Positions 9,179 to 19,011 are shown, counted from the first letter of the stretch. The stretch: DNA of 64,000 bases from PVC group bacterium (GCA_945890715.1 CAMDCX010000001.1:13751-77750); one strand, 5' to 3'. Numbers and translations are program-made. Notes: generated by a model from the sequence alone, not told the origin.

Positions 9179-10630
9179 ATGGCCAGGAAGATTGTCATCG
9201 AACCGGTTACCCGCGTGGAGGGGCACGGGAAGGTCACGATCCAGCTCGACGACGCGGGCATGGTGACCCGGAGTCGGCTTCACATTGTGGAGTTTCGCGG
9301 GTTTGAGCGGTTCGTTCAGGGGCGGCCTTACTGGGAGGCGCCCGTTCTGGTGCAGCGGTTGTGTGGAATTTGTCCGGTGAGTCATCATCTGGCGGCGGCG
9401 AAGGCAGTGGACGTGATTGTCGGCGCCGGAACGGGTGAGGGACTTACTCCGACGGCAGAGAAGATCCGGCGCCTGATGCACTATGGCCAGATTTTTCAGT
9501 CACACAGCCTGCATTTCTTTCATCTGGCATCTCCGGATCTGCTCTTCGGATATGATTCGCCGCCGGAGACCCGGAATGTAATCGGGGTCGCCATGGCGAA
9601 CCGGGAGCTGGCCACTCAGGCCGTGATGATGCGCAAGTACGGCCAGGAGGTGATTTTGGCGACCGCCGGAAAGAAAATTCACGGAACCGGCGCCATTCCC
9701 GGCGGGGTGAATAAAAGCCTGACCCCGGCCGAGCGGGACACCCTGCTCAAGGGGCCGCACCCGCTCAATGCCGTCCAGATGATCGCCTGGGCGCAGGGCG
9801 CGGTGGCATTTTTCAAGGATTACTACCGGAAGAACAAGGCGTTTATCGACGGGTTCTCGCGGTTCCCCTCAAACCACATGAGCCTGGTTCGCCAGGATGG
9901 CGCGATGGATCTCTACCACGGCGTCCTGCGCGTGGTGGATGCGAACGGGAAGCGGATTCTTAACGATGTGGATTATCAGGACTATGCGAAGTATATCCGG
10001 GAGGATGCCCGGACATGGACCTATATGAAATTTCCGTATCTCCAGGCTCTGGGGCCTGAAAAGGGATGGTATCGGGTGGGACCCCTGGCGCGGTTGAATA
10101 CGGCGGATTTCATTCCCAGTCCCCTGGCCCAGCAGGAGTTTGAGGAGTACAAGAAGGGGACGGGTGGCAAGCCGAACGACATGTGCATGCATACGCACTG
10201 GGCCCGGCTGATTGAGACGCTCCATGCGGCCGAAATGATGAAAGAATTATTGGAGGATCCGGACATCACGGGCGACAAGCTTGTGGTGAAGGGGCGGCGC
10301 CAGGCGGAGGGAGTTGGGTTGATCGAGGCACCGCGCGGGACGCTTTTCCATCATTACCGGGTTAATGGCGACGACCAGATCGAGATGGCGAACCTGATTG
10401 TTTCGACCACGAACAACAACGAAGCCATGAACGAGGCGGTGAATATCGTGGCGCGGGCGCAAATGAACGGGGTCAAGGAGATCACCGAGGGCATGATGAA
10501 TGCCGTCGAGGTGGCGATCCGCGCTTATGACCCCTGCCTGAGTTGTGCCACGCACGCTTACGGACAGATGCCTCTGGAGGTTTCCCTGTTGGACGCAGGC
10601 GGAACCCTCATTGACCGGAAACTGAAATGA
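9179..10630 (+). CDS. hoxH: [NiFe] hydrogenase large subunit HoxH (group 3d bidirectional hydrogenase)
   Basis: The N-terminal RLCGICPVSHH and C-terminal DPCLSCATHA Ni-Fe ligand motifs are present. An approximately 24-aa C-terminal extension follows the His, the expected substrate of the maturation protease. The ATG at 9179 has GGGAG 8 nt upstream; the GTG at 9170 is too close to the Shine-Dalgarno. Confidence 0.9.
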   Translation: MARKIVIEPVTRVEGHGKVTIQLDDAGMVTRSRLHIVEFRGFERFVQGRPYWEAPVLVQRLCGICPVSHHLAAAKAVDVIVGAGTGEGLTPTAEKIRRLMHYGQIFQSHSLHFFHLASPDLLFGYDSPPETRNVIGVAMANRELATQAVMMRKYGQEVILATAGKKIHGTGAIPGGVNKSLTPAERDTLLKGPHPLNAVQMIAWAQGAVAFFKDYYRKNKAFIDGFSRFPSNHMSLVRQDGAMDLYHGVLRVVDANGKRILNDVDYQDYAKYIREDARTWTYMKFPYLQALGPEKGWYRVGPLARLNTADFIPSPLAQQEFEEYKKGTGGKPNDMCMHTHWARLIETLHAAEMMKELLEDPDITGDKLVVKGRRQAEGVGLIEAPRGTLFHHYRVNGDDQIEMANLIVSTTNNNEAMNEAVNIVARAQMNGVKEITEGMMNAVEVAIRAYDPCLSCATHAYGQMPLEVSLLDAGGTLIDRKLK

Positions 10631-11088
10631 CCTCGATTCTGGTCTATGGTTATGGAAACCCCGGCAGGCAGGATGACGGGTTGGGTCCCGCCCTGGTATC
10701 GGAATTGGAAGTCTGGCTTACGGTGAATCCTGATCGGCGGATTACCCTGGATTCCAATTACCAGTTGAACGCCGAGGACGCGCTGGCGGTATCCGGACAT
10801 GATGGGGTGATTTTTGTCGACGCAACTCAGGCGGGAGAGGCTCCCTATGAGTTTCGATCCCTAGTTCCGGAAAAGACCATTGCTTTTTCGACCCACGCTA
10901 TGACTTCCGCCACAGTGTTGGCGTTATGCGAGGAACTCTATGACAAACATCCCGCCGCCTGGATCCTGACCATTCGCGGGTATTCCTGGGAGCTGAATGC
11001 CAATCTGACTCCCGAGGCCTCCGCCAACCTGGTGGCGGCCTCTGAATTTATCAAACTGCATTTGAGTCGTTTATGTGATACGCTGTGA
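10627..11088 (+). CDS. hoxW: Hydrogenase maturation endopeptidase (HoxW/HycI family)
   Basis: The ILVYGYGNPGRQDDGLGP motif matches HycI/HoxW proteases. It follows hoxH with a 4-nt overlap. Confidence 0.85.
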   Translation: MTSILVYGYGNPGRQDDGLGPALVSELEVWLTVNPDRRITLDSNYQLNAEDALAVSGHDGVIFVDATQAGEAPYEFRSLVPEKTIAFSTHAMTSATVLALCEELYDKHPAAWILTIRGYSWELNANLTPEASANLVAASEFIKLHLSRLCDTL

Positions 11089-11091
11089 GAC

Positions 11092-11736
11092 ATGAATCAG
11101 ACGGTTCAGTCCTATTCGTTGCCCGAGGAGATCGCCAATAGCGTCATCCATGGAATCGGTTTTATCCTGGCCGTGGCGGCGTTGTCGGCGATGGTGTTTT
11201 TTTCGGCGATGCGCGGAACAGCCTGGCATATTGTGGCGTGTTCGGTGTACGGGACGACGCTGGTGCTGTTGTTTGCGTCCTCGACGCTCTATCACAGTCT
11301 ACCCTGGCCCCGGACCAAAGCTGTACTGAAAATCATTGACCACTCCGCAATCTACCTGCTTATTGCCGGAACCTATACGCCCTTTCTTCTGATTTCCCTG
11401 CGGGGTCCGTGGGGCTGGTCCCTGTTTGGCATCATCTGGGGGTTGGCGCTGGTGGGGGTGGTGTTCAAGGTCTTTTTTGCCGGCCGCTTCAAACTGTTTT
11501 CGACGCTGGTCTATATCGGCATGGGCTGGATGGCGGTGGTGGCGATAAGACCGCTCTACCTGGGACTGCCCCGGGGCGGATTGTTGTGGTTGGTGGCGGG
11601 TGGGGTGCTCTACACGGCCGGAACGATTTTCTACCTGGGTCGCCGTATTCCCTTTAATCACGCTATCTGGCACGCTTTTGTTCTGGCCGGGAGTCTCTGC
11701 CATTTCCTCAGCGTCATGCTGTATGTGATCCCGTGA
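11092..11736 (+). CDS. Hemolysin-III / PAQR family channel protein
   Basis: Seven-TM protein whose HSLPWPRTKAVLKIIDHSAIYLLIAGTYTPF and C-terminal HAIWHAFVLAGSLCHF motifs are typical of the HlyIII/YqfA family. Confidence 0.8.
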   Translation: MNQTVQSYSLPEEIANSVIHGIGFILAVAALSAMVFFSAMRGTAWHIVACSVYGTTLVLLFASSTLYHSLPWPRTKAVLKIIDHSAIYLLIAGTYTPFLLISLRGPWGWSLFGIIWGLALVGVVFKVFFAGRFKLFSTLVYIGMGWMAVVAIRPLYLGLPRGGLLWLVAGGVLYTAGTIFYLGRRIPFNHAIWHAFVLAGSLCHFLSVMLYVIP

Positions 11737-11761
11737 AGAACGGAGTCTGAGAACGCCCTGT

Positions 11762-11842
11762 CAGCCCATTGGACAATCTGCGGACGCCGAGGCCGGCGTC
11801 CCTCCCTGTTTGAAATCATGGTATTATCCTGTTTTTCGGGAG
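11762..11842. repeat. Pair of inverted REP-like GC-rich hairpin elements (BIME-like) between convergent genes
   Basis: Plus-strand copy is GGACGCCGAGGCCGGCGTCCCTCCC (11762-11786). Minus-strand copy reads GGTCGGCGAGGCCGCCGCCCCTCCC (11818-11842). Each has an 8-bp stem, an AGGC loop and a CCCTCCC tail. Confidence 0.6.
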
Positions 11843-11872
11843 GGGCGGCGGCCTCGCCGACCGTCTTGACGG

Positions 11873-13150
11873 TTATCCCTGGATGGTTTTCCACAGGAGG
11901 ATCAGATTCAGGGCAATGACGATGGCGGCCACCAGCCAGAGCCAGAGTTTTCCATACAGGGTGTTGGCATGGGTACCCATGACCCTTCGGGATGAAGTCA
12001 GGTAGATTTGCAGGACGATGGTGATGGGGAGCTGGATGCTGAGAAGAACCTGGGACACAATCAAGGCCTTGAAACTGTTGGTGACAAACATGACTGCGAG
12101 CAGGGCGACCCCAAGGGTAATTCCGACACCTATTTTTGAGAGCGGCTTCTGAATGTCGTAATTCCGGGAAAACAAACCGGCAAAAATGGATCCCCCCGCC
12201 ATCCCGGCCGTGAGGCTTGCCGATAACCCGGCACAAAGCAGGGCCAGGGCGAAGACCGTGGCGGCGAGCGCCCCGCTATGACCCAGCATCGGGTGCAGCA
12301 TTTCCTCCGCTTGCTCGAGGGAGCTCACCTTGACCTTCTGTTGAAAAAAAGTGGCGGCCGCCAGCAAAATCATGGCGCTGTTGATCATCCAGCCGACCAT
12401 CATCGAGAACAGGGTGTCAAGCCATTCAAACCGCAAATGACTGATGATGACGCCTTCGCCCTGACTATTCCATTGCCGGTTCTGAATGACCTCGGAATGC
12501 AGGAACAGATTGTGGGGCATCACCACCGCGCCCAGGACGCTCATCACAATCAGGATGGAGCCGGTGGGGAGATCGGGCGTCACCCAGCCCTTGGCCGCGC
12601 TGATCCAGTGGGTGTCGATCAGGGTCAGTTCAAACAGAAAGGCCAGCCCGATCAGGGAAACAAAGCCCACAATGATTTTCTCAAGGCGTTTGTATGAGTT
12701 CCAGAGGAGTAGCCCCGCCACAACCACGGTGGTAAGGATGGCTCCGACCTTGAGGGGAAGATGAAACAACATCTGAAGTGCGATGGCACCCCCCAGGATT
12801 TCCGCGAAGGCGGTCGCCACCGACGCCAGAACGGCGGAGCCTAGCGCCGGACGGGAGACCCATCGGGATAGGTGTTGCGTGGCCGACTCCGCCAGGCACT
12901 TTCCTGTTACAATTCCCAGGTGCGCCGCATTGTGCTGCAACAGAATAAGCATGATTGTACTCAAGGTCACCACCCAGAGTAACTGGTAGCCGAACTCGGA
13001 ACCCGCCGCCACGTTGGAGGCCCAGTTTCCGGGGTCGATAAAGCCCACGGTAACCAGCAGTCCTGGCCCCAGGAACCTCAGGGCATTCAAGGCGCCAGAG
13101 ACTTGCTTCTGCTGTCTTAGTCGCTCTCGGAATTGTTGAAAGAGTTTCAT
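11873..13150 (-). CDS. mntH: NRAMP-family divalent metal (Mn2+/Fe2+) transporter
   Basis: GPGLLVTVGFIDPGNWASNVAAGSEFGYQLLW contains the NRAMP DPGN signature. About 11-12 TM segments. Confidence 0.9.
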   Translation of the reverse strand: MKLFQQFRERLRQQKQVSGALNALRFLGPGLLVTVGFIDPGNWASNVAAGSEFGYQLLWVVTLSTIMLILLQHNAAHLGIVTGKCLAESATQHLSRWVSRPALGSAVLASVATAFAEILGGAIALQMLFHLPLKVGAILTTVVVAGLLLWNSYKRLEKIIVGFVSLIGLAFLFELTLIDTHWISAAKGWVTPDLPTGSILIVMSVLGAVVMPHNLFLHSEVIQNRQWNSQGEGVIISHLRFEWLDTLFSMMVGWMINSAMILLAAATFFQQKVKVSSLEQAEEMLHPMLGHSGALAATVFALALLCAGLSASLTAGMAGGSIFAGLFSRNYDIQKPLSKIGVGITLGVALLAVMFVTNSFKALIVSQVLLSIQLPITIVLQIYLTSSRRVMGTHANTLYGKLWLWLVAAIVIALNLILLWKTIQG

Positions 13151-13263
13151 GTGTCGGGAACAATACCACGGTGATTATAAATTGTCTAAACTCGACACGT
13201 TTGCGTCATTACAGTATTTTCTCAGACTTTTACCGCGCCAGAATGGCGGGAAATGGGTGAATT

Positions 13264-14283
13264 ATGAATGCACAGGATGTAGTTGTTCTGAAAGAGCAGG
13301 GGTTGGCTGAGGCTAGGCAGGCGGCGACGCTGGCCGAGGTCGAGGCGGTTCGGATCAAGTATCTGGGTCGCAAAGGGGTGCTTCAGGAGGTTATGGACAA
13401 CCTGAAATCCGTGCCCGCCGAGGGGCGTCGGGATTTTGGACGTTGCGCCAATGAATTGAAGCAGGAGCTGACCGTTTTGCTGGATGAGCGGAAAACGGCG
13501 CTAGCGGCGGCGGAAAAGGCGGCGGGCCAGAAACAGTTTGATGTCACCATGCCCGGCGCCTGGCGGAGCCTGGGAACCCGTCACCCCGTTACGCAGGTGA
13601 TTGAGGAATCCATCCGCATTTTCAGCATGCTGGGCTTTACTGTGGCTGATGGCCCCGATATCGAAACGGAATACAACAACTTTGATGCCCTCAACACACC
13701 GGCGGATCATCCGTCGCGGGATACACAGGATACCTTCTGGCTGGATAACAAGACGCTGCTTCGCACTCAAACCTCGCCGGTCCAGATTCGTGTGATGGAA
13801 AGCCGCAAGCCGCCGATCCGGATCATTGCGCCGGGCCGCTGCTATCGCCGGGATACCACGGATGCCACGCACAGCGCGAACTTCCACCAGGTGGAGGGGC
13901 TGTATGTGGATCGCAAGGTGTCCATGGCTGATCTCAAGGGTGACATCACGTTTTTTGCCCACCAGATGATGGGGCCGAACGTTAAGGTGCGGTTCCGTCC
14001 GCATTTCTTCCCGTTCACCGAGCCGAGCGTGGAATATGATTTCTCGTGCCATGTGTGCGGCGGGTCCGGGTGCCGGGTCTGCAAGAACAGCGGCTGGATC
14101 GAAATTTCCGGCGCCGGCATGGTGAATCCGAAAGTGTTCACGATTGTCGGGTACGATCCCGAGGCGGTCACCGGCTATGCCTTCGGCATGGGCCTGGAGC
14201 GTATTGCCATGATCAAGTTCGGCATCGAGGATATCCGGTTGTTGTATGATAACGATGTAAGGTTCCTGTCCCAGTTCTCGTAA
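13264..14283 (+). CDS. pheS: Phenylalanyl-tRNA synthetase alpha subunit
   Basis: Class II aaRS motifs FRPHFFPFTEPSVEYD and GAGMVNP…GMGLERIAM. Confidence 0.95.
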   Translation: MNAQDVVVLKEQGLAEARQAATLAEVEAVRIKYLGRKGVLQEVMDNLKSVPAEGRRDFGRCANELKQELTVLLDERKTALAAAEKAAGQKQFDVTMPGAWRSLGTRHPVTQVIEESIRIFSMLGFTVADGPDIETEYNNFDALNTPADHPSRDTQDTFWLDNKTLLRTQTSPVQIRVMESRKPPIRIIAPGRCYRRDTTDATHSANFHQVEGLYVDRKVSMADLKGDITFFAHQMMGPNVKVRFRPHFFPFTEPSVEYDFSCHVCGGSGCRVCKNSGWIEISGAGMVNPKVFTIVGYDPEAVTGYAFGMGLERIAMIKFGIEDIRLLYDNDVRFLSQFS

Positions 14284-14293
14284 GGGGTTGATT

Positions 14294-16723
14294 ATGAAGT
14301 TACCGTTGAGTTGGTTGAAAGAGTATGTCGATGTTGGCCTGAGTCCCAAGGAGCTGGCTTCCCTGCTGACGTTCTCCGGAACGGAAGTGGAGGGGATCAA
14401 GACCATTGGCGGGGATTTCACGGGAATCGTGGTGGGTGAAGTGCTTTCTGTCGAGCGGCATCCGAATGCCGACCGGTTGACCGTCTGTCAGGTGAACAGC
14501 GGGTCGGAAACCCTGACCGTGGTCTGTGGCGCGCCGAATGTGGCGGCCGGGATCAAGGTGCCGCTGGCCACTCTCGGAACCCTGGTTCCGAACGGCTTGA
14601 AGATCAAGAAGGCCAAGGTCCGGGGCGTCGAATCCTTCGGGATGCTTTGCGCGGCCGACGAACTGGGACTGTCCGAGGATCATAGTGGGTTGATGATTCT
14701 GCCGCCTGAGACCAAGGTCGGAACACCCTTTTCTGAAATTGCCGGGCCGCCGGAGACGGTGCTGGAACTTGAGGTGACGCCAAACCGGCCGGATTGCCTG
14801 AGCTTGATCGGGATGGCCCGCGAGGTGGCGGCCTTGCTGGGCAAGCCCCTGAAGATGCCGAGTCCGGTTGTGAAAGAAGAGGCTCGCACGGTCGAAAGTC
14901 TCGCCAGTGTCACCATTGAAGACGCGGTGGGATGTCCGAGATATACCGGCCGAGTGCTTTCCGGGATCACCATTGCCCCGAGCCCGCAATGGATGCAGCG
15001 GCGCCTGACGGCGGCAGGGATCCGTCCGATCAACAATGTCGTCGATATCACCAACTATGTCATGCTGGAATGCGGTCAACCGCTGCACGCTTTTGACTAC
15101 GAGTTGCTGGACGGCCACAAGATCATTGTGCGCCGGGCGAAGGCCGGGGAAGCTATGAGCACGCTGGATGGCACGGCGCGGGAAATCAATCCGGACATGC
15201 TGATGATTGCCGATGGCCGACGGCCCGTGGCCGTGGCGGGCGTCATGGGCGGGGCGGGGAGCGAAATCCGGGACGTCACCAAAACGGTTCTGCTGGAGAG
15301 CGCCTATTTCAAGCCGTCCGATATCCGGAAGACCTCCAAGAAGCTGGGGCTGTCCACCGACTCGTCCTACCGGTTCGAGCGCGGGGTGGATATCGAGAAC
15401 GTCGATTGGGCAAGCCGGCGTGCCGCGCAGTTGATGGTGGAACTGGCGGGCGGGGTGGCGGCGAAAGGGGTGATCGATGTCTTCCCGGCAAAACCGGCGC
15501 GTGGTCAGGTGTCGTTGCGGTTTGAGCGCGCCCGGGATCTTCTGGGAATTCAGATTGCCGATGAGGTGATCCTGACGATTTTCAAGGCGCTGGGATTGGG
15601 GCTTGTTTCCCGGGATGCCGTGTCTTGCTTGATGGAAATTCCCGCATACCGGGTTGACCTTAAGCAGGAAGCGGATCTGATCGAGGAAATCGCGCGCATT
15701 CACGGGTTGGATAAGGTTCCGTCGCCGTCTCCCGTGGCAAAGATTATTCCCGGCGCCGACGACAAGCCGACGCGTGCCATTCTGGCGTGTCGGGCGAATC
15801 TGGTCGGGCTTGGGCTTTCGGAAATCATGAACTACAGTTTCCTTTCCGGGCGCCTGCTGGACCTAGTGGGACATGGCGATCCGGAGAAGCGGGTCGTGCT
15901 GCCCAACCCGATCAGTGCGGATCACACGGTGTTACGGGATTCCTTTATTCCTCAGATGATTGAGACTTTAGGGAAGAACCGGGCGCGCCAGGCTCGGGAA
16001 GCGTCGTTATTTGAAATGGGCCGCGTATTCTTCAAGGACGACTCGGGAAAGAATGCCGAAGCCGACCGGATTTGCATTGGCCTGATGGGTCCTGTGGGGC
16101 GAACCGGGATGGCGAAATCCAAGCCGGTGAAGGACGAGGAGATGTTCCAGTGGATCACGGGCATCCTGGAGTCGCTCTGCCGCGCGCAGCATGTTCCGGA
16201 GATCGCGAAGGGCGGATTGGCGAGCTTGGATCTCGTGCTAAAGCCTGTAAAGAGCCCCTGTTATGAAGAGGGACGGGGCGTCAGCATCTGGATCTCCAGC
16301 GCCTGTGTTGGAACGATGGGGCTGGTTAGCGAACGGGTTCGCAATGAGTGGCGGCTGGTTGATCCTGTGGCGGTGCTTGAGCTTGATCTGGCGCCATTGG
16401 TGGCCCAGGCCCTGCGGATTCCGGTTTCCCGTGCCCTCGGGACGTTCCCCAGTGTCGATCGTGATGTGGCTCTGGTCGTTGATGATGGCATTTCGCACGA
16501 GGCGATTCTCAAGACCATTTGGACGGTGGCCCCGCCGGAATTGGTGGATGTCCGTTTGTTCGATATCTATCGTGGCGAAGGGGTCGGGAAAAACCGGAAG
16601 AGCATGGCGTATTCCCTGACTTATCGCTCGATGGAGAAGACGTTGACCGATGAGGTGGCGAACGGATTCCACGAGAAGGTGAAAGCCGCCATTTGCAAGG
16701 ATGTTGGGGCGGAAATACGATAA
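14294..16723 (+). CDS. pheT: Phenylalanyl-tRNA synthetase beta subunit
   Basis: An approximately 810-aa protein directly downstream of pheS, with B3/4, tRNA-binding and B5 domain organisation. The ATG at 14294 is preceded by AAGGGG. Confidence 0.9.
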   Translation: MKLPLSWLKEYVDVGLSPKELASLLTFSGTEVEGIKTIGGDFTGIVVGEVLSVERHPNADRLTVCQVNSGSETLTVVCGAPNVAAGIKVPLATLGTLVPNGLKIKKAKVRGVESFGMLCAADELGLSEDHSGLMILPPETKVGTPFSEIAGPPETVLELEVTPNRPDCLSLIGMAREVAALLGKPLKMPSPVVKEEARTVESLASVTIEDAVGCPRYTGRVLSGITIAPSPQWMQRRLTAAGIRPINNVVDITNYVMLECGQPLHAFDYELLDGHKIIVRRAKAGEAMSTLDGTAREINPDMLMIADGRRPVAVAGVMGGAGSEIRDVTKTVLLESAYFKPSDIRKTSKKLGLSTDSSYRFERGVDIENVDWASRRAAQLMVELAGGVAAKGVIDVFPAKPARGQVSLRFERARDLLGIQIADEVILTIFKALGLGLVSRDAVSCLMEIPAYRVDLKQEADLIEEIARIHGLDKVPSPSPVAKIIPGADDKPTRAILACRANLVGLGLSEIMNYSFLSGRLLDLVGHGDPEKRVVLPNPISADHTVLRDSFIPQMIETLGKNRARQAREASLFEMGRVFFKDDSGKNAEADRICIGLMGPVGRTGMAKSKPVKDEEMFQWITGILESLCRAQHVPEIAKGGLASLDLVLKPVKSPCYEEGRGVSIWISSACVGTMGLVSERVRNEWRLVDPVAVLELDLAPLVAQALRIPVSRALGTFPSVDRDVALVVDDGISHEAILKTIWTVAPPELVDVRLFDIYRGEGVGKNRKSMAYSLTYRSMEKTLTDEVANGFHEKVKAAICKDVGAEIR

Positions 16724-16730
16724 GCGATCA

Positions 16731-17195
16731 ATGAAGTGCCTCATCCAGCGCGTCAGTCGTGCCAGTGTCACCGTGGACGGGCAGGTTACCGGCTCCATAG
16801 GGAAAGGTTTTGCTATTTTACTTGGCGTAAGGATCGGCGACACGGATGCCGACTCGGTTTATCTGGCTGAGAAGACGGCCGGGCTGCGGATTTTTCCCGA
16901 TGCACAAGACAAGATGAACCTGGCACTGGGTGAGGTGGGTGGTGCGGTGTTGGTTGTTTCCCAATTCACCCTTTACGCCGATACCCGGAAGGGGAACCGG
17001 CCGAGCTTTATCCATGCCGCTCCGCCCGCCGAAGGCGAGCGGCTCTATGAAGTCTATGTGGGTCATCTCCGGCGGATCCTGGGGTCCGGCCAGGTGGCCA
17101 CCGGCACCTTCCGCGCCAGCATGAGCGTCGAGATCATCAACGATGGACCGGTTACGATTGAGTTGGTGTCAGATGGCCGTGGCGGCGGTAGGTAA
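16731..17195 (+). CDS. dtd: D-aminoacyl-tRNA deacylase
   Basis: Starts MKCLIQRVSRASV… and contains SQFTLYADTRKGNRPSF, both classic Dtd motifs. Confidence 0.9.
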   Translation: MKCLIQRVSRASVTVDGQVTGSIGKGFAILLGVRIGDTDADSVYLAEKTAGLRIFPDAQDKMNLALGEVGGAVLVVSQFTLYADTRKGNRPSFIHAAPPAEGERLYEVYVGHLRRILGSGQVATGTFRASMSVEIINDGPVTIELVSDGRGGGR

Positions 17196-17208
17196 AGGTG
17201 GGACAGCG

Positions 17209-19011
17209 TCAACTGTGAGCCGAACCGCCCGGTTGATACTCTGGTAGACGGATGAGGAAGGTGGTGCCCGCGCCCGGCTGGCTTTGGGCGGTGATCGTTC
17301 CCCCGTGTTGTTGGACGATCTTCTGGCAGACCGCGAGTCCGATTCCCGACCCTGGATACTGATCTTCTGAATGAAGCCGCTGGAAGGGTTTGAAAATTTG
17401 TTCAACATGCTTCTCGTCGAAACCGATCCCATTGTCCCGTATCCGGATCTCAATCAGGCCCTTGCCGGGGCTCCGGCTCGAGACGCAGACGCGCGGGGCA
17501 CAGCCGGGCGTGACAAATTTAAGGGCATTGCCGATAAGATTCAGGAACAGTTGATACAATTGCAGTTGATCGCCCAGTACTGTCGGCAGGATCCCGACCT
17601 CCACCGCGGCTCCTGTTTCCTTGATGCGGGGTGCTAAATCTTCAAGGGCCTGATTGACCGGATTCGACAAGGCCACAGGAAAGAACACCCGGTCGCCTTT
17701 ATTCACGCGGGCGTACATCAGGAGCCCCTGAATTAATTGCTGCATGCGCTGGGAGGATTTTTCAATGTGACTCAGAAAATCACGCGCCGTGTCCGGCAGG
17801 GCGGCCGCGCACTCTTCGCGAAGGAGTTCGCTGAAGCCGATGATCCGTCGCAGGGGGGCTTGTAAATCATGCGAGGCGATGTAGGCAAACTGATCGAGCT
17901 CGGCATTTGACCGGGCCAGTTCCTCCGACTTTCGAAAGACTTCAGCTTCTGCTTGTTGGCGAAGACTGATCAAGCGGGCGTTTGTAAGGCTAAGGGCGCA
18001 CAGGCTGACAATATCAAGGGCCAGATTAAGGTAGTCCTGACCGTGATGCGGCAAGGTGATCGTGTCGGCGATCACAAATCCCAAGGTTGCATTCTGGTAT
18101 TTGACACGTACGGAAAACCCGCTTTCCGTCATGGCGGAAGTCTCATCGGGTCTGAACCGTGCCATCCAGGCCTCTATCCATTCGGCATCATCAGGTTTCG
18201 GGAAGTTGCTGTAGATTCTTTTTGTCTGACCCCCATCAGGCGAAACATAGGCCACGCGCTCGGCTCCAAACAGCATGGTGAAAAGCTCGAGTATGGCCTG
18301 GATCGCGTCTTCCTCATTCATAATCCGCGTCAATTTCACCAACAGATCCATGGCTAGCACATGGTCGGCCAGTTTCTTGTTGGCACGCGCGAATTCCTCT
18401 TTCACCAGAAGCTCGGCTTCACGGGTGCGCCACGCCTGGACAAGATAACTCAGAATGAGTCTGAAATGGTCCAGTCCCACGGACATGACTTCGGTCGGAA
18501 GTCCAAGGTATTCGGCGCAATCGTGCAGGCGGGTCTGAGCCTCCGGATCGACGCCGGTATCAAGCAGAACCATGCGGCGTGCGCCTTCGGCAAAAAACAT
18601 TCGTGCTGTTTCCCGGTCAAACTGCCAGGCGTCAATATGCTGTTGCCAGTGTTCCAGCCAACCGGAGGTGACCAGGTGCGATCCGTCACAAAGACACCGG
18701 TCAATGGTCGTCTTGTTGATAAGCATATGAAAGCATAATTCCTCCCGGTGAATCCGGTGATACCGGTCCTCGGACAAGGCCGTTTTATTCTGGTTCAGGA
18801 GGTAGCAGGCCCCGACCAGAATAGTGGTCTGTCCATTTTTTCCCGAGTCATAAAACTGGTGTGTCAGCGTCGCCGTCAGATCCGCCCGGGGGCGAACACA
18901 GAGATCGGGAAATGCCGAGACGCTGACGTTTTCAAAGCCTTCGGATTGGAGGATGACCTGTGCTTCCTTGAGGTAGTACTGGCAGACGAGGAGATGGAGA
19001 CTGGGAGGCAT
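17209..19011 (-). CDS. Cytoplasmic sensor histidine kinase: uncharacterised Cys-containing N-terminal domain, then a GAF/PAS-like region, HisKA and HATPase_c
   Basis: H-box is FAYIASHDLQAPLRRI, and the C-terminal G-boxes include GSGIGLAVCQKIV. No TM segments. The approximately 200-aa N-terminal domain (…LLVCQYYLKEAQVIL…ILVGACYLLNQ…) has no assignable fold. The proposed ATG at 19011 lies 4 nt after the stop of the upstream URO-D-like gene. Confidence 0.8.
   Translation of the reverse strand: MPPSLHLLVCQYYLKEAQVILQSEGFENVSVSAFPDLCVRPRADLTATLTHQFYDSGKNGQTTILVGACYLLNQNKTALSEDRYHRIHREELCFHMLINKTTIDRCLCDGSHLVTSGWLEHWQQHIDAWQFDRETARMFFAEGARRMVLLDTGVDPEAQTRLHDCAEYLGLPTEVMSVGLDHFRLILSYLVQAWRTREAELLVKEEFARANKKLADHVLAMDLLVKLTRIMNEEDAIQAILELFTMLFGAERVAYVSPDGGQTKRIYSNFPKPDDAEWIEAWMARFRPDETSAMTESGFSVRVKYQNATLGFVIADTITLPHHGQDYLNLALDIVSLCALSLTNARLISLRQQAEAEVFRKSEELARSNAELDQFAYIASHDLQAPLRRIIGFSELLREECAAALPDTARDFLSHIEKSSQRMQQLIQGLLMYARVNKGDRVFFPVALSNPVNQALEDLAPRIKETGAAVEVGILPTVLGDQLQLYQLFLNLIGNALKFVTPGCAPRVCVSSRSPGKGLIEIRIRDNGIGFDEKHVEQIFKPFQRLHSEDQYPGSGIGLAVCQKIVQQHGGTITAQSQPGAGTTFLIRLPEYQPGGSAHS

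Noticed and set aside
13151-13263. Mn riboswitch (yybP-ykoY) or metalloregulator box upstream of mntH
   Set aside because: No convincing riboswitch core. There is a weak TGTCG…CGACA long-range inverted repeat but nothing diagnostic.
14300-15703. 467-aa ORF antisense to pheT. Other long antisense ORFs are similar: 916-1623, 5578-6951, 33214-34032, 40599-42284, 50544-52322, 62761-63552.
   Set aside because: They sit in high-GC DNA opposite strongly supported conserved genes. Their translations are Arg/Pro/Gly-rich low-complexity sequences with no recognisable domains. They are classic GC-rich antisense artefacts.
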